Position numbers and translations under genes: made by a program. From NCBI RefSeq assembly GCF_001194135.2, contig NC_068983.1:73391922-73455921 (forward strand): 64,000 nucleotides of DNA, read 5' to 3'. The notes beneath the pieces were generated by a model. The model was not told the origin of the DNA, did not search any database, and saw only the letters and a list, made by a program, of their open reading frames with translations. Positions 51,189-63,379 of this stretch are shown piece after piece. This stretch comes from Octopus bimaculoides. Lineage: Eukaryota. Position 1 is the stretch's first letter; every line of letters starts with the position of its first letter.

Positions 51189-51957
51189 GTGTGTGTTGCT
51201 AGTTCGTGGATCGGCTACGTTTTAAGAGAATATATTCTCAATGCGCTTAGTATTAAAGACACTTGAAAGTAAGTCATGGGTAAGTGAGACAACTCACGTT
51301 AGGTCCCTTTGCGGGGCGACAGACATCGATGTTTCGTCAATGACACGTACCGAACAAGGCCCGTTGCAAGCCATATCGCCGACTACGACTAAATGCTAAA
51401 TGGTTTAAAAATCATCTGCTGGCATGTCAGAACGTTTCATGCTATAGAAAAAATTCAGATATTAATGTGTGTGTGTGTTGTTAGTTCGTAGGTCGGGTGC
51501 ATTTTAGTCGTAAGAGAATATATTCTTAATGCGCCTGGTATTAAAAACACCTGAAAGTAAGTCATAGGCAAGCGAGAGAACTCACATTAGATCCATTTTC
51601 GGAGCGACAGACATCGATGTTTCATCATTGTGACTTTTCAATGCCACGTACCGAACAATGGTTCTTAAACCATTTTTCTTAAACAATGGGTCTTAAACCA
51701 CTTAGCATATAGTCATAGTCGGCGATATGGCTTGCAACAGCCTCTTTCGGCAAGCGGCATTGAAAAGTGTTGTGTCGACGCCTTCAAGCGAAGAAGTAGG
51801 ATCGCCCAAGACATATAAATAGAGGTAGTCTAGCCGTGGTGGAAGGGTTGAGTGACTGTTGAGTAGCAGTCGTGTAGCGGTTGAGTAGAGATCATCCGAA
51901 GGTGCTAGATAGCAGTAGCTTGAGACATAGCAAAAAGTTACAACAATGATGAAACAG
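51189..51957. repeat. Cluster of three copies of a ~220-bp repeat: two direct (51189-51408, 51471-51658) and one inverted (51693-51957, split by a solo LTR)
   Basis: Shared GAGAATATATTCT..ATGCGC..GTATTAAA, GCGACAGACATCGATGTTTC and GTTGCAAGCCATATCGCCGACTA; the last appears reverse-complemented at 51715-51738. Confidence 0.75.
51768..51932 (+). mobile_element. Solo LTR (165 bp) with 5-bp TSD AAAAG
   Basis: TGTTGTG...CATAGCA termini, internal TATA-like CATATAAATAG, AAAAG on both sides (51763-51767, 51933-51937). Confidence 0.85.
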
Positions 51958-52140
51958 CTACTTGAATATTATCTATTAGTTTAGATGGGTAATCTTGAGA
52001 ATCGTCCACTAGAAGCAAGGCTGTATTTTCAAGGTGTTTAGCTTCCGATATTTAATATTCTTCGATAACGCCTGAAAGACGAACTAAAATATATATGAAA
52101 TAGTTCTGGTGATTCACGTCTTTTTATTTGATTGCTATAT

Positions 52141-53040
52141 ATTCGTAAGCTTAACGAAAGGCTATATACTTAAATATCCTCTATACTTAAGTATCTAGTT
52201 CGTAAGCTAGGTAAATGAATCTTCTTGTCATCAGATGAGGCAGCTTTTAACAAATCCTCTTCGTATTACCATGACACACTTGAGAATAGCAGCTTCTCCG
52301 AGCAGATTCGTTATTTTGACAATGAAAATATACCCAGATTTCGCAGACTACAACTAGAAATGTTTTGTGGTTTATCCCAACATTTGGTATGAATGTCAAG
52401 AGTAATGAAGTTATAGAATTTTAAAATTTACTCTCTAGGTATTTTCGCAGAGGCCATAAGTATTTTGAAATATTTAACCGAACACTGAAAGTTAGTTATT
52501 ATTTCTATAAAAACTTTGCCTCATTTGTTAACCAACACAATGTAAGGAGACTCGATAAATTTATTGGATATGATGATGACTCTAAGTGCAATTATAAAGA
52601 TCCTAGTAGTTTCCCTCTAAATGATAATTATCCGATCAAAGGAGTTGTTTTAGAGGACTATGTTCCAAGTTGATAATAGCTCTACATATAAAAGTTAAAC
52701 CACTGTCACAGAAAATAGCTCCAAAACGAGTTTTTGTCTACACAAAGATTTCTTTAAATATACAGAAAACAGGTCGTCAACAAGTTTATCAAACCATGTT
52801 GGGCAATTAAAAGAAATTTGTTTTGCATCTTTAAAACTTCAATGGTCTAGCTCGGAAAAAGTAGACCCATGGAGATATGGACACTATCGCTATTCTATAA
52901 AATTCCTATTATGCTTTAAGTGAAAAATATTTTATGCTGTTTCGAGATAAATCAACCTTGAACTGTAAAGCTGAATATTGAACAGTTGTAGACATTCTTC
53001 GAAGTTTCTGATTTCGAAACCCTTACTACCGAACGATTGA
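52141..53040 (+). mobile_element. Penelope-like element remnant (RT thumb, linker, GIY-YIG endonuclease region), Naiad-like
   Basis: Frameshifted motifs: RKLNERLY; LSSDEAAFNKSSSYYHDTLENS; RNVLWFIPTFGMNVKSN; N.TLKVSY; CNYKDPSSFPLNDNYPIKGVV (decayed CxCx5C..C); LSEKYF..LNCKAE..SCRHSSKF. Confidence 0.8.
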
Positions 53041-54304
53041 TACATTGGCATCATCATTTCTAACAATCGTATTTGCTTTACGGTTTTTACTATAATTTCG
53101 AAAATGTTCGATGCATTTTTATGTTTTTGCAATCCCGGATTGTTTTCTTCCGATCGTTATATTCGATCTATGCAATTTTATTGTATCTTTTCGTCATTTA
53201 ATATGAACTTTTATCGAGCAAGATAACAGCTATAAACACATTTCTATTCTTTTATTTTATTACTCATTTAAAAAAAAAATCATTACTCCTACCTTGAATT
53301 AATTGGATCGATTTTTGATATCCCCACGCATATTCTTTTCGTGTCGCAGCATATTTTGAAATTGAATTTCATCTCTTTTGTTTTGATTGGCTCTTTTTCT
53401 GTGTATCCGTTGATTTTTGCATCCTCCTTTTCATCCCCATTAATAATACTTTTAAATCTCTATCTAATTTCACCATCTATTGTACGATTTCTAATCGCTT
53501 CCACCCCCATCTATGAATTGTGCTTAGTGTCTATCCACATTTGATACAAGTTTCTAGTTATAACTATTAGTATCTTTTAACTTAGAATCCATCTGCTCTC
53601 CTTTTCCTTCTCTTTTTCTTCCTTCTTATTTTTCCTATCTTTCTTTTTAGCCACGCCTTGACCATGGACGTTTGCGAGCAACGGCTGTTCAGTACAGTAC
53701 TGCTGTACGATTACATTATCCAACGTGACCTTTCCGTATTTCAGTCAGTGAATACAGAATATCTAAGGGAGATTTGACTGCTTTTTTTGTTGCAGATCGA
53801 GGCGCACTTTCGTTGTCTTAGTTAAAAGGGAAATTACCAGAACTAGTCATCAGAACTTTCAAGATATTCTGTGACAATAACCCAGTACACTGTTTCATCA
53901 TTTATAACATTGAACGAAGTCTACCAGATGAAATCCATCACGTTAGATATTATAATTGCATATCTCATTATGAGAGCATGTATATGTAAATGCATTATTA
54001 CTCTCTCTCTCTGCACTACCGCTACAGCACTGTACATCCTTACTCATATACATATGTATATATAGTGCCTATGTACAGTGATAATTAGGTGTATGATGCA
54101 ATGTTATAATGTATATTGGTTACAAATATCTGTAAACACACACATACGCACACACAGAGGCACAAAACCATATGTATGTGGTAATATGCGTGTAACTGCA
54201 TGAATGTTATGCATATTATAGTGCGTCATATATGTATACGCATACGCATATGTATTATTAATATAAGTAAATATATATATATATATATATACATATGTAT
54301 ACAA

Positions 54305-54414
<110 letters not shown>

Positions 54415-54467
54415 TCATATATACATTTATATATTTGTGTGTGTGTATATTTATATATGTAAATATA

Positions 54468-54512
<45 letters not shown>

Positions 54513-54699
54513 GTACATGTATGTACATGTATGTATATATGTAAGTAAGTTTGTATGTATGTATGTATGTATATGTATATGTATGCATATATGGATAGAT
54601 GAATGTGTATATATATAGTATGTAGGTGGGTATGAGAACATATATTTATGTGCGTGTGAATATGTATAAATATGTACGCATGAAATTTGAATATTAGGT

Positions 54700-54750
<51 letters not shown>

Positions 54751-55086
54751 GTGTTTTATGTTCGTTTGACAATCCTATTTGATCTTAGTAAGCGATCGAT
54801 AGGTATTATAGTAATCGGCATGTGTTTGTGTTTTTCTGTGTGCATGCGCTTACGCTTGCGTGTGGACACTGCACATGTATATGTAGGTTTGCACGATCGT
54901 GTGTGTGTGCGTGCGTGTGTGTATGAGTGTGTGTATGCGTGTGTGTGTGTGATCGCTTTGTTTATTACTGATTGATTGCCATTAGTATGTTTGTTATAGC
55001 ACTAAATATATACACATTGATCTTTTTTCTCTGATGCATCACACTTGCCTTAATACATTAACACTAGCTTTGTTGTGCTGGTAGGA

Positions 55087-55141
<55 letters not shown>

Positions 55142-55314
55142 GAAAACGNNNNNNNNNNNNNNNNNNNNNNNNNNNNNNNNNNNNNNNNNNNNNNNNNNNN
55201 NNNNNNNNNNNNNNNNNNNNNNNNNNNNNNNNNNNNNNNNNNNNNNNNNNNNNNNNNNNNNNNNNNNNNNNNNNNNNNNNNNNNNNNNNNNNNNNNNNNN
55301 NNNNNNNNNNNGGA

Positions 55315-55369
<55 letters not shown>

Positions 55370-55613
55370 GAAAACGAGAGAGAGAGAGTGACAAAGAGAT
55401 AGATAGATGGATGATTATAAAGAAAGGAAGAGGATTTCGGAAAAGGGAGACAATAGATGAGAGATATAGAGATAGAAAGGGGGAGAAAGGAGAAAGGGAG
55501 AGAAGAGGAAGGAGAGAGAGAGAGAGAGGGAGAGAAGAGAAAGGAGAGATTTGTATGTGCATCTGTATAAGAGTGTGTGTAAGGTGTGTGTGTGGAATTC
55601 AGGATGTATAAAG

Positions 55614-55653
<40 letters not shown>

Positions 55654-55693
55654 TGAAAGTAAGATAGATAGATAGAGAGATTGATAGATAGAT

Positions 55694-55734
<41 letters not shown>

Positions 55735-55886
55735 AGAAAGAGAAATAGATAGATAGATAGATAAGAAGTGAGAGAGAAACATCCTCTTTATGTGGCTGAA
55801 TATATGCGTGAGTGCGGTGCAGCGAACAAAAAAAGGAGTGAAATAAAGATGCATAGACAGAAAAGAGATACATATAGCTATAATGA

Positions 55887-55930
<44 letters not shown>

Positions 55931-56935
55931 TATTGAGAAAGAAGGAGAAAGAGAGAGATATTGAGAAAGAAGGAAAGAACCCATGAAAGAGATGGGGAGA
56001 AAAGTAAGAGAAGCAGAGCAAGGAGAAGAAAGAGAGAGAGAGGAAGAAGGAAAGAGTGAAAGAGATGCGAGAAAGGAAAAGAGAGAAAAATGAGGAAAAG
56101 ATTTAGAGAGAAAAAGCGAGATAGAGAAAGAATGAGAGAGAGAGAGAGAGAGAGAAACAGAGAGAAACAGAGAGAGAGAGAGAAACACAGAGAGAGAGAG
56201 AAAAAATGAGAGGGAGCGAGAGAGAGAGAGAGAGAAACAGAGAGAGAGAGAAAGAATGAGAGAGTGAGTGAGAGGGAGACAGACAGAACGAGAGAGAGCG
56301 AGAGAGAGAGAGAGAAAAAACAGAGAGAGAGAGAGAGAGAAAGAATGAGAGAGAGCGAGACAGAGAGAGAGAAACATAGAGAGAGAGAAAAACAGAGAGA
56401 GTGAGTGAGAGGGAGACAGACAGAACGAGAGAGAGCGAGAGAGAGAGAGAGAGAAGGAGAGCGAAATGGTATTTGATATAACAGAGGAAAGAAAAGAACA
56501 AATGAGTAAGATTAGAGGGCGAAAAGGACGTTAGGCTGTTGTCTGTTGTATGGTTTGCGCGCGAACATAGACACGGACAAACATACGTAGACATAAACAA
56601 ACACGCAGAACAAACATGCAAACATACGCACACAGAAATTACAAACACATACAAACACACATACAAATACACGCACGCACGCACTCACAATACAATAAAT
56701 ACAGTAAAAACATCAAAGGACGGCCACTGTTTTTAACACTTTTCACAGCTATAACTATATTCATTATGGATATTATCCTTTCAGTCAGTCACACACACAC
56801 GCACACACCCACACACACACACATACACACACACACACATACATACACACACACGCACGCACACACACGTACACACCCACACGCTCACATGTTCATAGAT
56901 ACATACTTGCATGCATACATATCTATATACACACA

Positions 56936-56966
<31 letters not shown>

Positions 56967-57167
56967 NNNNNNNNNNNNNNNNNNNNNNNNNNNNNNNNNN
57001 NNNNNNNNNNNNNNNNNNNNNNNNNNNNNNNNNNNNNNNNNNNNNNNNNNNNNNNNNNNNNNNNNNNNNNNNNNNNNNNNNNNNNNNNNNNNNTATGTAG
57101 ATATATATATATATGTGTGCCTGTGTATGGAGAGGGCTTGTTTGTGTATATATATATTATATATAAA

Positions 57168-57218
<51 letters not shown>

Positions 57219-57253
57219 TCATTCGTTCGACACATATACATGCGTAATTTCAT

Positions 57254-57295
<42 letters not shown>

Positions 57296-57981
57296 TCATG
57301 CATACAGCTGCATACAAACTCCCACATAAATGTATACCAAACAAACTTGTACTATTTACATAAACACATGCATAAATAAGTATTGTAACAACCTTATATA
57401 AGTGTATGTAAGTGTATATGATTGTACACAAGTGTACATTAAAGAGCAACGCATATACATATACACACATTCACAACAAAACGAATGGATATATGTACAA
57501 AACTCACATATAAACTCTTACATACACACGCACACACACACCTGCACACACACACACACGCGCGCGCTCACACAGACACAGATACAGACACACACACCCA
57601 TACACACACATGTATTTTGCGCATTCAGACATTTGTTTATTTATGTGAGCATACAATACGCAAATATTTATTTGTAGATATAATCAAACGAACAAAAACG
57701 GAAATAACGACAACCATGGGAATCGAACTCAAATACTTCGGTTTAGTGTCCGGCTGTATTTTGAGTATATTACTGATCGTACACTGATATTCTTTCTAAT
57801 TTATAACTGCTGAAACTCACTTCCGGACGTTCTAAGAAATCACTGCATCATGGTCAGTTTAACAAGTTATATACTCACTCGTTAACCTGGAATGTGGGAT
57901 CGATTCTCAAACAGTCTAATTTTGTTTTATTGATTTCTATGTACATACACGTCTTCACACACGTACATACATATACATAAA

Positions 57982-58025
<44 letters not shown>

Positions 58026-58237
58026 TATATCTATATTGATAATCTACTCCTGGATAGTTAAACTGCTATCTTTTCTGCGGGACTATTCGTGACGCACATG
58101 GGGTAATTTTGAGGAGGGATACGGAATTTACTAGTCGATATAAATTTGGAGATGCTGATTTTTCTTATGTGATATTTGATGTCGCATGGACAAATGTACA
58201 TGGGTTTATTAGCATTTTCAGATTTATAATTTAGAAT

Positions 58238-58298
58238 ATCATGCTGAAGAGTGTAATAGATTTTTATACAATTCTAAACACGAAACGTCGTACATGAT
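58238..58298 (+). ncRNA. Minimal type I hammerhead ribozyme-like motif
   Basis: ATCATG-CTGAAGA-GTGT..(TAGA/TCTA)..ACAC-GAA-ACGT-C-GTA-CATGAT: intact core, ACGT palindromic stem III and GUC triplet; stem I is offset by 3 nt. Confidence 0.6.
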
Positions 58299-58569
58299 TA
58301 ACTAACGGCAGGTTTGTTTTGTTTATTTTTCCTCTTCTATCTATGTGAGTCATGAATATCGCTATCTGTTGGAGACTTAATTGTAGTAGAATTAGTAGTT
58401 TTAACTGCTATTTCTAAATTTTCAGTATGTTGGTGAAGCAACTTTTGCTGATCCCTATATTATGTTTATAATTATAAATGTTTTACCGATAAAGGTTTTT
58501 TTTGCATACTAAACTACTTGGCAAAATTGTTAATTATTAATTTATTAATTAATTGGCAATTCCCTGCCC

Positions 58570-58603
<34 letters not shown>

Positions 58604-59287
58604 ATGGCGGAGAGTCGAGTTCGAGGAATGCCATAGCTTAATTGGTTTCTTAAACTTTAGCAGGACGGTCGTGACATTTTAGTCCTGCTAGGGACCTACA
58701 CTCGCAAAAATGTAGAAACGACGGGCGCCTCTTGCAGTAGGCGTTCACAAAGTTTACCATCCACACTGAAACTTGCTTCATTCATTTATAGAATTCTTCA
58801 TTGCGTATTTTGACTATTTTTTACTACGGCCATTCGCAGTATGCACTACACATAATAGAAATGTTAAAAATCAAGAGATGGATGTGACTGAAGCTTTTTA
58901 ATGTGAAGAAATGTATTGCATAGGGTCAATCCCTCTCTCTAAACAACGTATGCACTTGCCGAAAAAAGAACTAGTCTATAATCATTGGGTACATGCGTCC
59001 ACCCCCACCCCACACACCTATATTAACTGTCTTCACCATCTAACGCTTACCTTGCCACTTTAGCGTCATCACCACCAACATTGTGAAGGCGTGTGACCAA
59101 GTGGTGCATTCCAGAAGTTTTGGGCCTCATTTTAGAAGAGGCAGTTATAAATATCCCAGATTATTGTAATTTTAGTATATCATTACATGTAATAGGCTGA
59201 CCTGTCAACTTTTTATTCCGGATCGAAGGAGTGGCTTTAACAGCAATTTGAAAACACCTTACTAATCACTGCTCGCTAATTTGTAGA

Positions 59288-60080
59288 ATGCTGTCAAGAC
59301 GTTTGGAAGCTCGTTATACTGTAAAAATTTGTGTTAAATTAAGCAAATGCGTTACAGAAATGCCCCAGACTGCTTACAGATTAACTTTTTCGCTGGCCGT
59401 TGTGTCGATGCCCCCCAGGCGAAGAAGTAGGATCTCCCAAGACATATAAATAGAGGTAGTCTGGCCGTGGTAGGTGTGTTGAGTAGCAGTCGAGTAGCAG
59501 TTGTGTAGCGGTTGAGTAAAGATCATCCGAAGGTGCTAGATAGCAGTAGCGTTGAAACATAACACTGGCACAAAAAAATTCAAGGACGGTAGAGAGGAGA
59601 TGAGAGATGATGAGAGGTCTGGAAAGGAGAAGAACGTAAGAACATCAGACCAGGTTGAGAAAATTCGCAATTTCTTGGATGAAAACCGTCCTCTGTCGAT
59701 GAAGACAATAAGGATACATTTGGGGTTGGTGTGGCATCAGAAAACACCGAATTATTCATGAAGGTCTGAACATGTGCAAAATTTGTGTTTCTTCCCAGGA
59801 TGCTCAGTGACAAGCATTCTAGTAATCAACAACTTGACAGAGATGGGCATCAAAGCTGTCCCTCACCCTAACTTATAGTGCAGACCTTGCTTCCTGTGAT
59901 TTTGATGTTTCCCCAAGCTGAAGGAGAACTTCAAAGATAGTCGTGTTGAAGATGAAGGAAGCTGTGACAAGGGTTCTGAACACTTTCACTTTGGAGGACT
60001 TCCATGGGACCTTTACGAAGTGACTGAAGTGCTACAACAAGTGCATTGAAGTCAGAGGATCCTATTCAGGAGAAGATTAG
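59288..60080 (+). mobile_element. Decayed mariner transposase, internally deleted and interrupted by a solo LTR
   Basis: MLSRRLEARYTVKICVKLSK; FRW|HKKFKDGREEMRDDERSG; HP.YSADLASCDF (YSPDLAP motif); KEAVTRVLNTF..KCIEVRGSY..GED*. Confidence 0.85.
59398..59564 (+). mobile_element. Solo LTR (167 bp) with 5-bp TSD CTGGC, same family as 51768-51932
   Basis: (C/T)GTTGTG...CATAACA termini; CTGGC at 59393-59397 and 59565-59569; high similarity to the other copy. Confidence 0.85.
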
Positions 60081-60189
60081 AGCTTTGTGCTTTGAAATTA
60101 AATAAGAGCAACAATTAAACCAACAGCAACACAAAGCAACTGAAATAGGGTCTATGTGATTCTTTCGCCAGATGAGAAACAACATTAGG

Positions 60190-60530
60190 GCAAAGGTAGC
60201 GAGTTGGCAGAATGGTAAAGCACGCTGGGTAAAATGCTGAGCGGTATTTTGTCTATCTTTATGTTCTGAGATCAAATTCCGCCGAGATCGACTTTGCCTT
60301 CCATCCTATCAGGATCGATAAAATAAGTGCCAGACAAGTATTGGGGGTCGATGTAATCGATTATCACTCTCCCCCAAAACTTTAAGCCTTGTGCCTGTAG
60401 TAGAAAGGATTATTTCAAAGGCAGTACAAACTGACAGAATCATTAAATCGTCGGACAAAATGCTTAGAGGTTATTTATATTCTGATTTCAAATACCTCCT
60501 TGGTCGATTTTGACTTCCATCCTTTCAGGG
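60190..60530 (+). mobile_element. Family B SINE plus a degenerate second copy
   Basis: AAGGTAGCGAGTTGGCAGAA head and GACTTTGCCTTCCATCC core. Confidence 0.75.
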
Positions 60531-61164
60531 TGAAAATGTCAATGACATTTCTCTCTCTCTCTCTCTCTCTCTAAGAAAAAAAAATGAAAGAAAGAGGCTA
60601 TGTTTGTTTAGCCATAATTGAACAAACCTATAATCAACCATAAGCCTTTCCATCTGTGACTGTTTCCCCGTTTGTTTTTAAGACAGTAGGTTGTAATTTG
60701 AAAGGAATTTGATAGCCTTATCTTGCAGATTGACCAACAAATAAGAACGAGAGCAGTCATGGTCAAACTATGGCCTACATGACTTTTCTGAATGGTACAC
60801 CTAACAAAAATCTGAATTTTTCTAATAGTGAAGCCCACCTGATAATAAACCATGTCTCATGCAGCCCACTTCTTGAAAAAGGTTACTCGTGCCTGATCTA
60901 GAGAGTATGGTAGAACAGTGACTAAGCCGTTATATAATTTTGGTCGGTAAACTTCTGCAGCTTCATTGCGGCTTTGTGTCATAGAAGACATTTTCAAGGA
61001 GCAAAAGTGATCTTTTTCCTTTTGATTATTACAACCTCAAGAGAGTAGCAGACTGGAAGAATCGGTAGAGTGACGGAAGACGTGCTCTGCTTTTAACGTT
61101 CTGGATTCAAATCCCTCCGAAGTCAGTTAGGCTTTACATTCTTAGTCCGCATTATTTCATAAGG

Positions 61165-61345
61165 AGTATAGGGCCGGCTTCCCGGTTTCTCTGGTGTATA
61201 TATTCCTCCCTGGACGGAACGCCGGTCCATCGCAGGATTACTCATTGCTTTGCTCAAGAACACAACACATTGCTCTGTCCAGAAATCGAACACACAATCT
61301 TATGATCATGAGTCTAGCACTCAAACCCTAAGCAATGTGCCTCCA
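61165..61345 (-). mobile_element. Family C-related SINE, degenerate
   Basis: Reverse-complement tRNA-like head (GAAATCGAAC..ATGATCATGAGTC..AACCCTAAGC..GCCTCC); related to 49770-49945. Confidence 0.55.
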
Positions 61346-61545
61346 CATTTTCATCCTTTTTAGGGTTGATAAAATAAAGTATCAGTCAATACTAGAGTTG
61401 ATGGTATCGCTTTACACCCACGCCTCAAAATTGCTGGCATTGTACCTAAATTTCAAACAATTATTACAAACATTAGATGATCAACGAGTGATATTCTGTG
61501 CACAAAAAGCCTAGCTGTGCTATTTCTGCTGCATGATAGAAAATT

Positions 61546-61700
61546 ATGGCTGTGTGATAAGAAGCTTGCTTCCCAACCACATGATTCTGGGTTCAGTCCC
61601 ACTGCATGGTATATTGAGCAAGTGTCTTCTATTTTAGGCTCGGGTTGACAAAGACCTTGTGAGTGGATTTGGTAGACGAAAACTGAGAGAGGCCTGTCGT
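61546..61700 (+). mobile_element. SINE family A head
   Basis: ATGGCTGTGTGATAAGAAGCTTGCTTCCCAACCACATG...GGATTTGGTAGACG. Confidence 0.75.
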
Positions 61701-61798
61701 GTATATCTATGTATGTCATTGTTCAGTTTTATTTCAAGATTTCTTGCCAATAGAGAAAGAACTGGATACTAACCTAGATTCAAGGTTCCTTTATATGC

Positions 61799-61834
<36 letters not shown>

Positions 61835-62075
61835 TTGTGTATGAATGGCTACAGCCGGGCAACCCTGCTCCGTCATCTATGTCCTGTCGATTGTTATCGT
61901 CGACAACGACGGGCGGACTAATATGATAATATGAGCGTATGTATGAGCGTGTATATGTATTATATATATAGTAAATGTATAATGTATATATAATGCATAC
62001 ATGTATGTGTGTGTATGTTCATACATCTGTACGCACATTCTTTTGTACGTGCATGTGTGTGTGTATGTATGTGTT

Positions 62076-62122
<47 letters not shown>

Positions 62123-62711
62123 NNNNNNNNNNNNNNNNNNNNNNNNNNNNNNNNNNNNNNNNNNNNNNNNNNNNNNNNNNNNNNNNNNNNNNNNNNNNNN
62201 NNNNNNNNNNNNNNNNNNNNNNNNNNNNNNNNNNNNNNNNNNNNNNNNNNNNNNNNNNNNNNNNNNNNNNNNNNNNNNNNNNNNNNNNNNNNNNNNNNNN
62301 NNNNNNNNNNNNNNNNNNNNNNNNNNNNNNNNNNNNNNNNNNNNNNNNNNNNNNNNNNNNNNNNNNNNNNNNNNNNNNNNNNNNNNNNNNNNNNNNNNNN
62401 NNNNNNNNNNNNNNNNNNNNNATATATGAAAGAATCTATACAAGATGGAATAAACAGGCTTTAATTACAAATTACAACATTTGACTCTGTGCAGTGGCAA
62501 CAGCTGCAAGTTGTTGAGTTTTTATTCTCATATTATTACATAAAATTATTTTATGCTCAAGTACATAATAACTACATAATGCAGCAACGGTTGTGTCCCG
62601 GCACTTTATAGGGTAGGCTGCATTTTAAAGCACTGCTGTTGGCATAGGGTAGTCGATAACAGTATAAGACGACTTAAATGCACGTTATGAGGTTATTACC
62701 AAGATAATATG

Positions 62712-62927
62712 ACGAGGGGCGCTGAAAAGTTCCTGGCTTTTAACTGTATCGCGAAAGGCTTGGCTCGAGGCACAACCTTCCGAGTTCTTTTACAGGGCTT
62801 AGGAAAACTGAAGGACTGCTGCAATAAGTGTGTGAATCTGAGAGGGGAATATGCTGAATAAAGTCATAATTAACTGATCCTTCTGTATTTACTTTTACCC
62901 AAAGCCACAAACTTTTCAGTACCTCTT
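62712..62927 (+). mobile_element. Mariner-derived MITE
   Basis: TIRs GAGGGGCGCTGAAAAGTTCCTGGCTTT / AAAGCCACAAACTTTTCAGTACCTC; the interior encodes a transposase C-terminus KLKDCCNKCVNLRGEYAE*. Confidence 0.75.
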
Positions 62928-63056
62928 CCTAGAAAGTGAAATAGGAGATTTTGATTATACTATATATATACACACATATGTATGTATGTACACACACTCA
63001 CACACACACAAACACACACACACACACATATACACACATAGATATATAAATACATA

Positions 63057-63099
<43 letters not shown>

Positions 63100-63143
63100 A
63101 CACATATATATATATATATATAAATATGTGACACTTATTCGGT

Positions 63144-63215
63144 AGCCATGATAAAACTCCGAGTTTCGGATGCCGAGGTGGGAACCCACGCCAACATCTC
63201 TTCAGTTATCCGGCC
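63144..63215 (-). ncRNA. Structurally intact type I hammerhead ribozyme
   Basis: Minus strand: GGCCG-GATAA CTGAAGA G[ATGTTGG.GTGGG-TT-CCCAC..CGGCAT]CC GAA ACTC-G-GAGT T TTATC-A-TGGCT. All core nucleotides, three stems and a GUU triplet are present. Confidence 0.8.
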
Positions 63216-63379
63216 ATTTAAAAATTCCTGTGAAATTCCTGAGCATTGTGTCACATATTTTTACAGAAGATAAATTCCTCTATTTACATAATATCGAGGT
63301 CTCTTCCTTTCTTTTGTTGTCCTTTCTATCAATGGTCGCTCTTGGGCGCTACTAGTAACATGTAACCCAGTACCGCCTG

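Noticed and set aside
52216-52218. In-frame TGA in the PLE relic as a selenocysteine codon
   Set aside because: It aligns to an expected Arg position (CGA>TGA CpG decay), not Cys, and no SECIS was recognised.
55083-55376. Duplicated GGAATAGATAG...AAAACG block
   Set aside because: It is identical on both sides of an N gap, so probably an assembly artefact.
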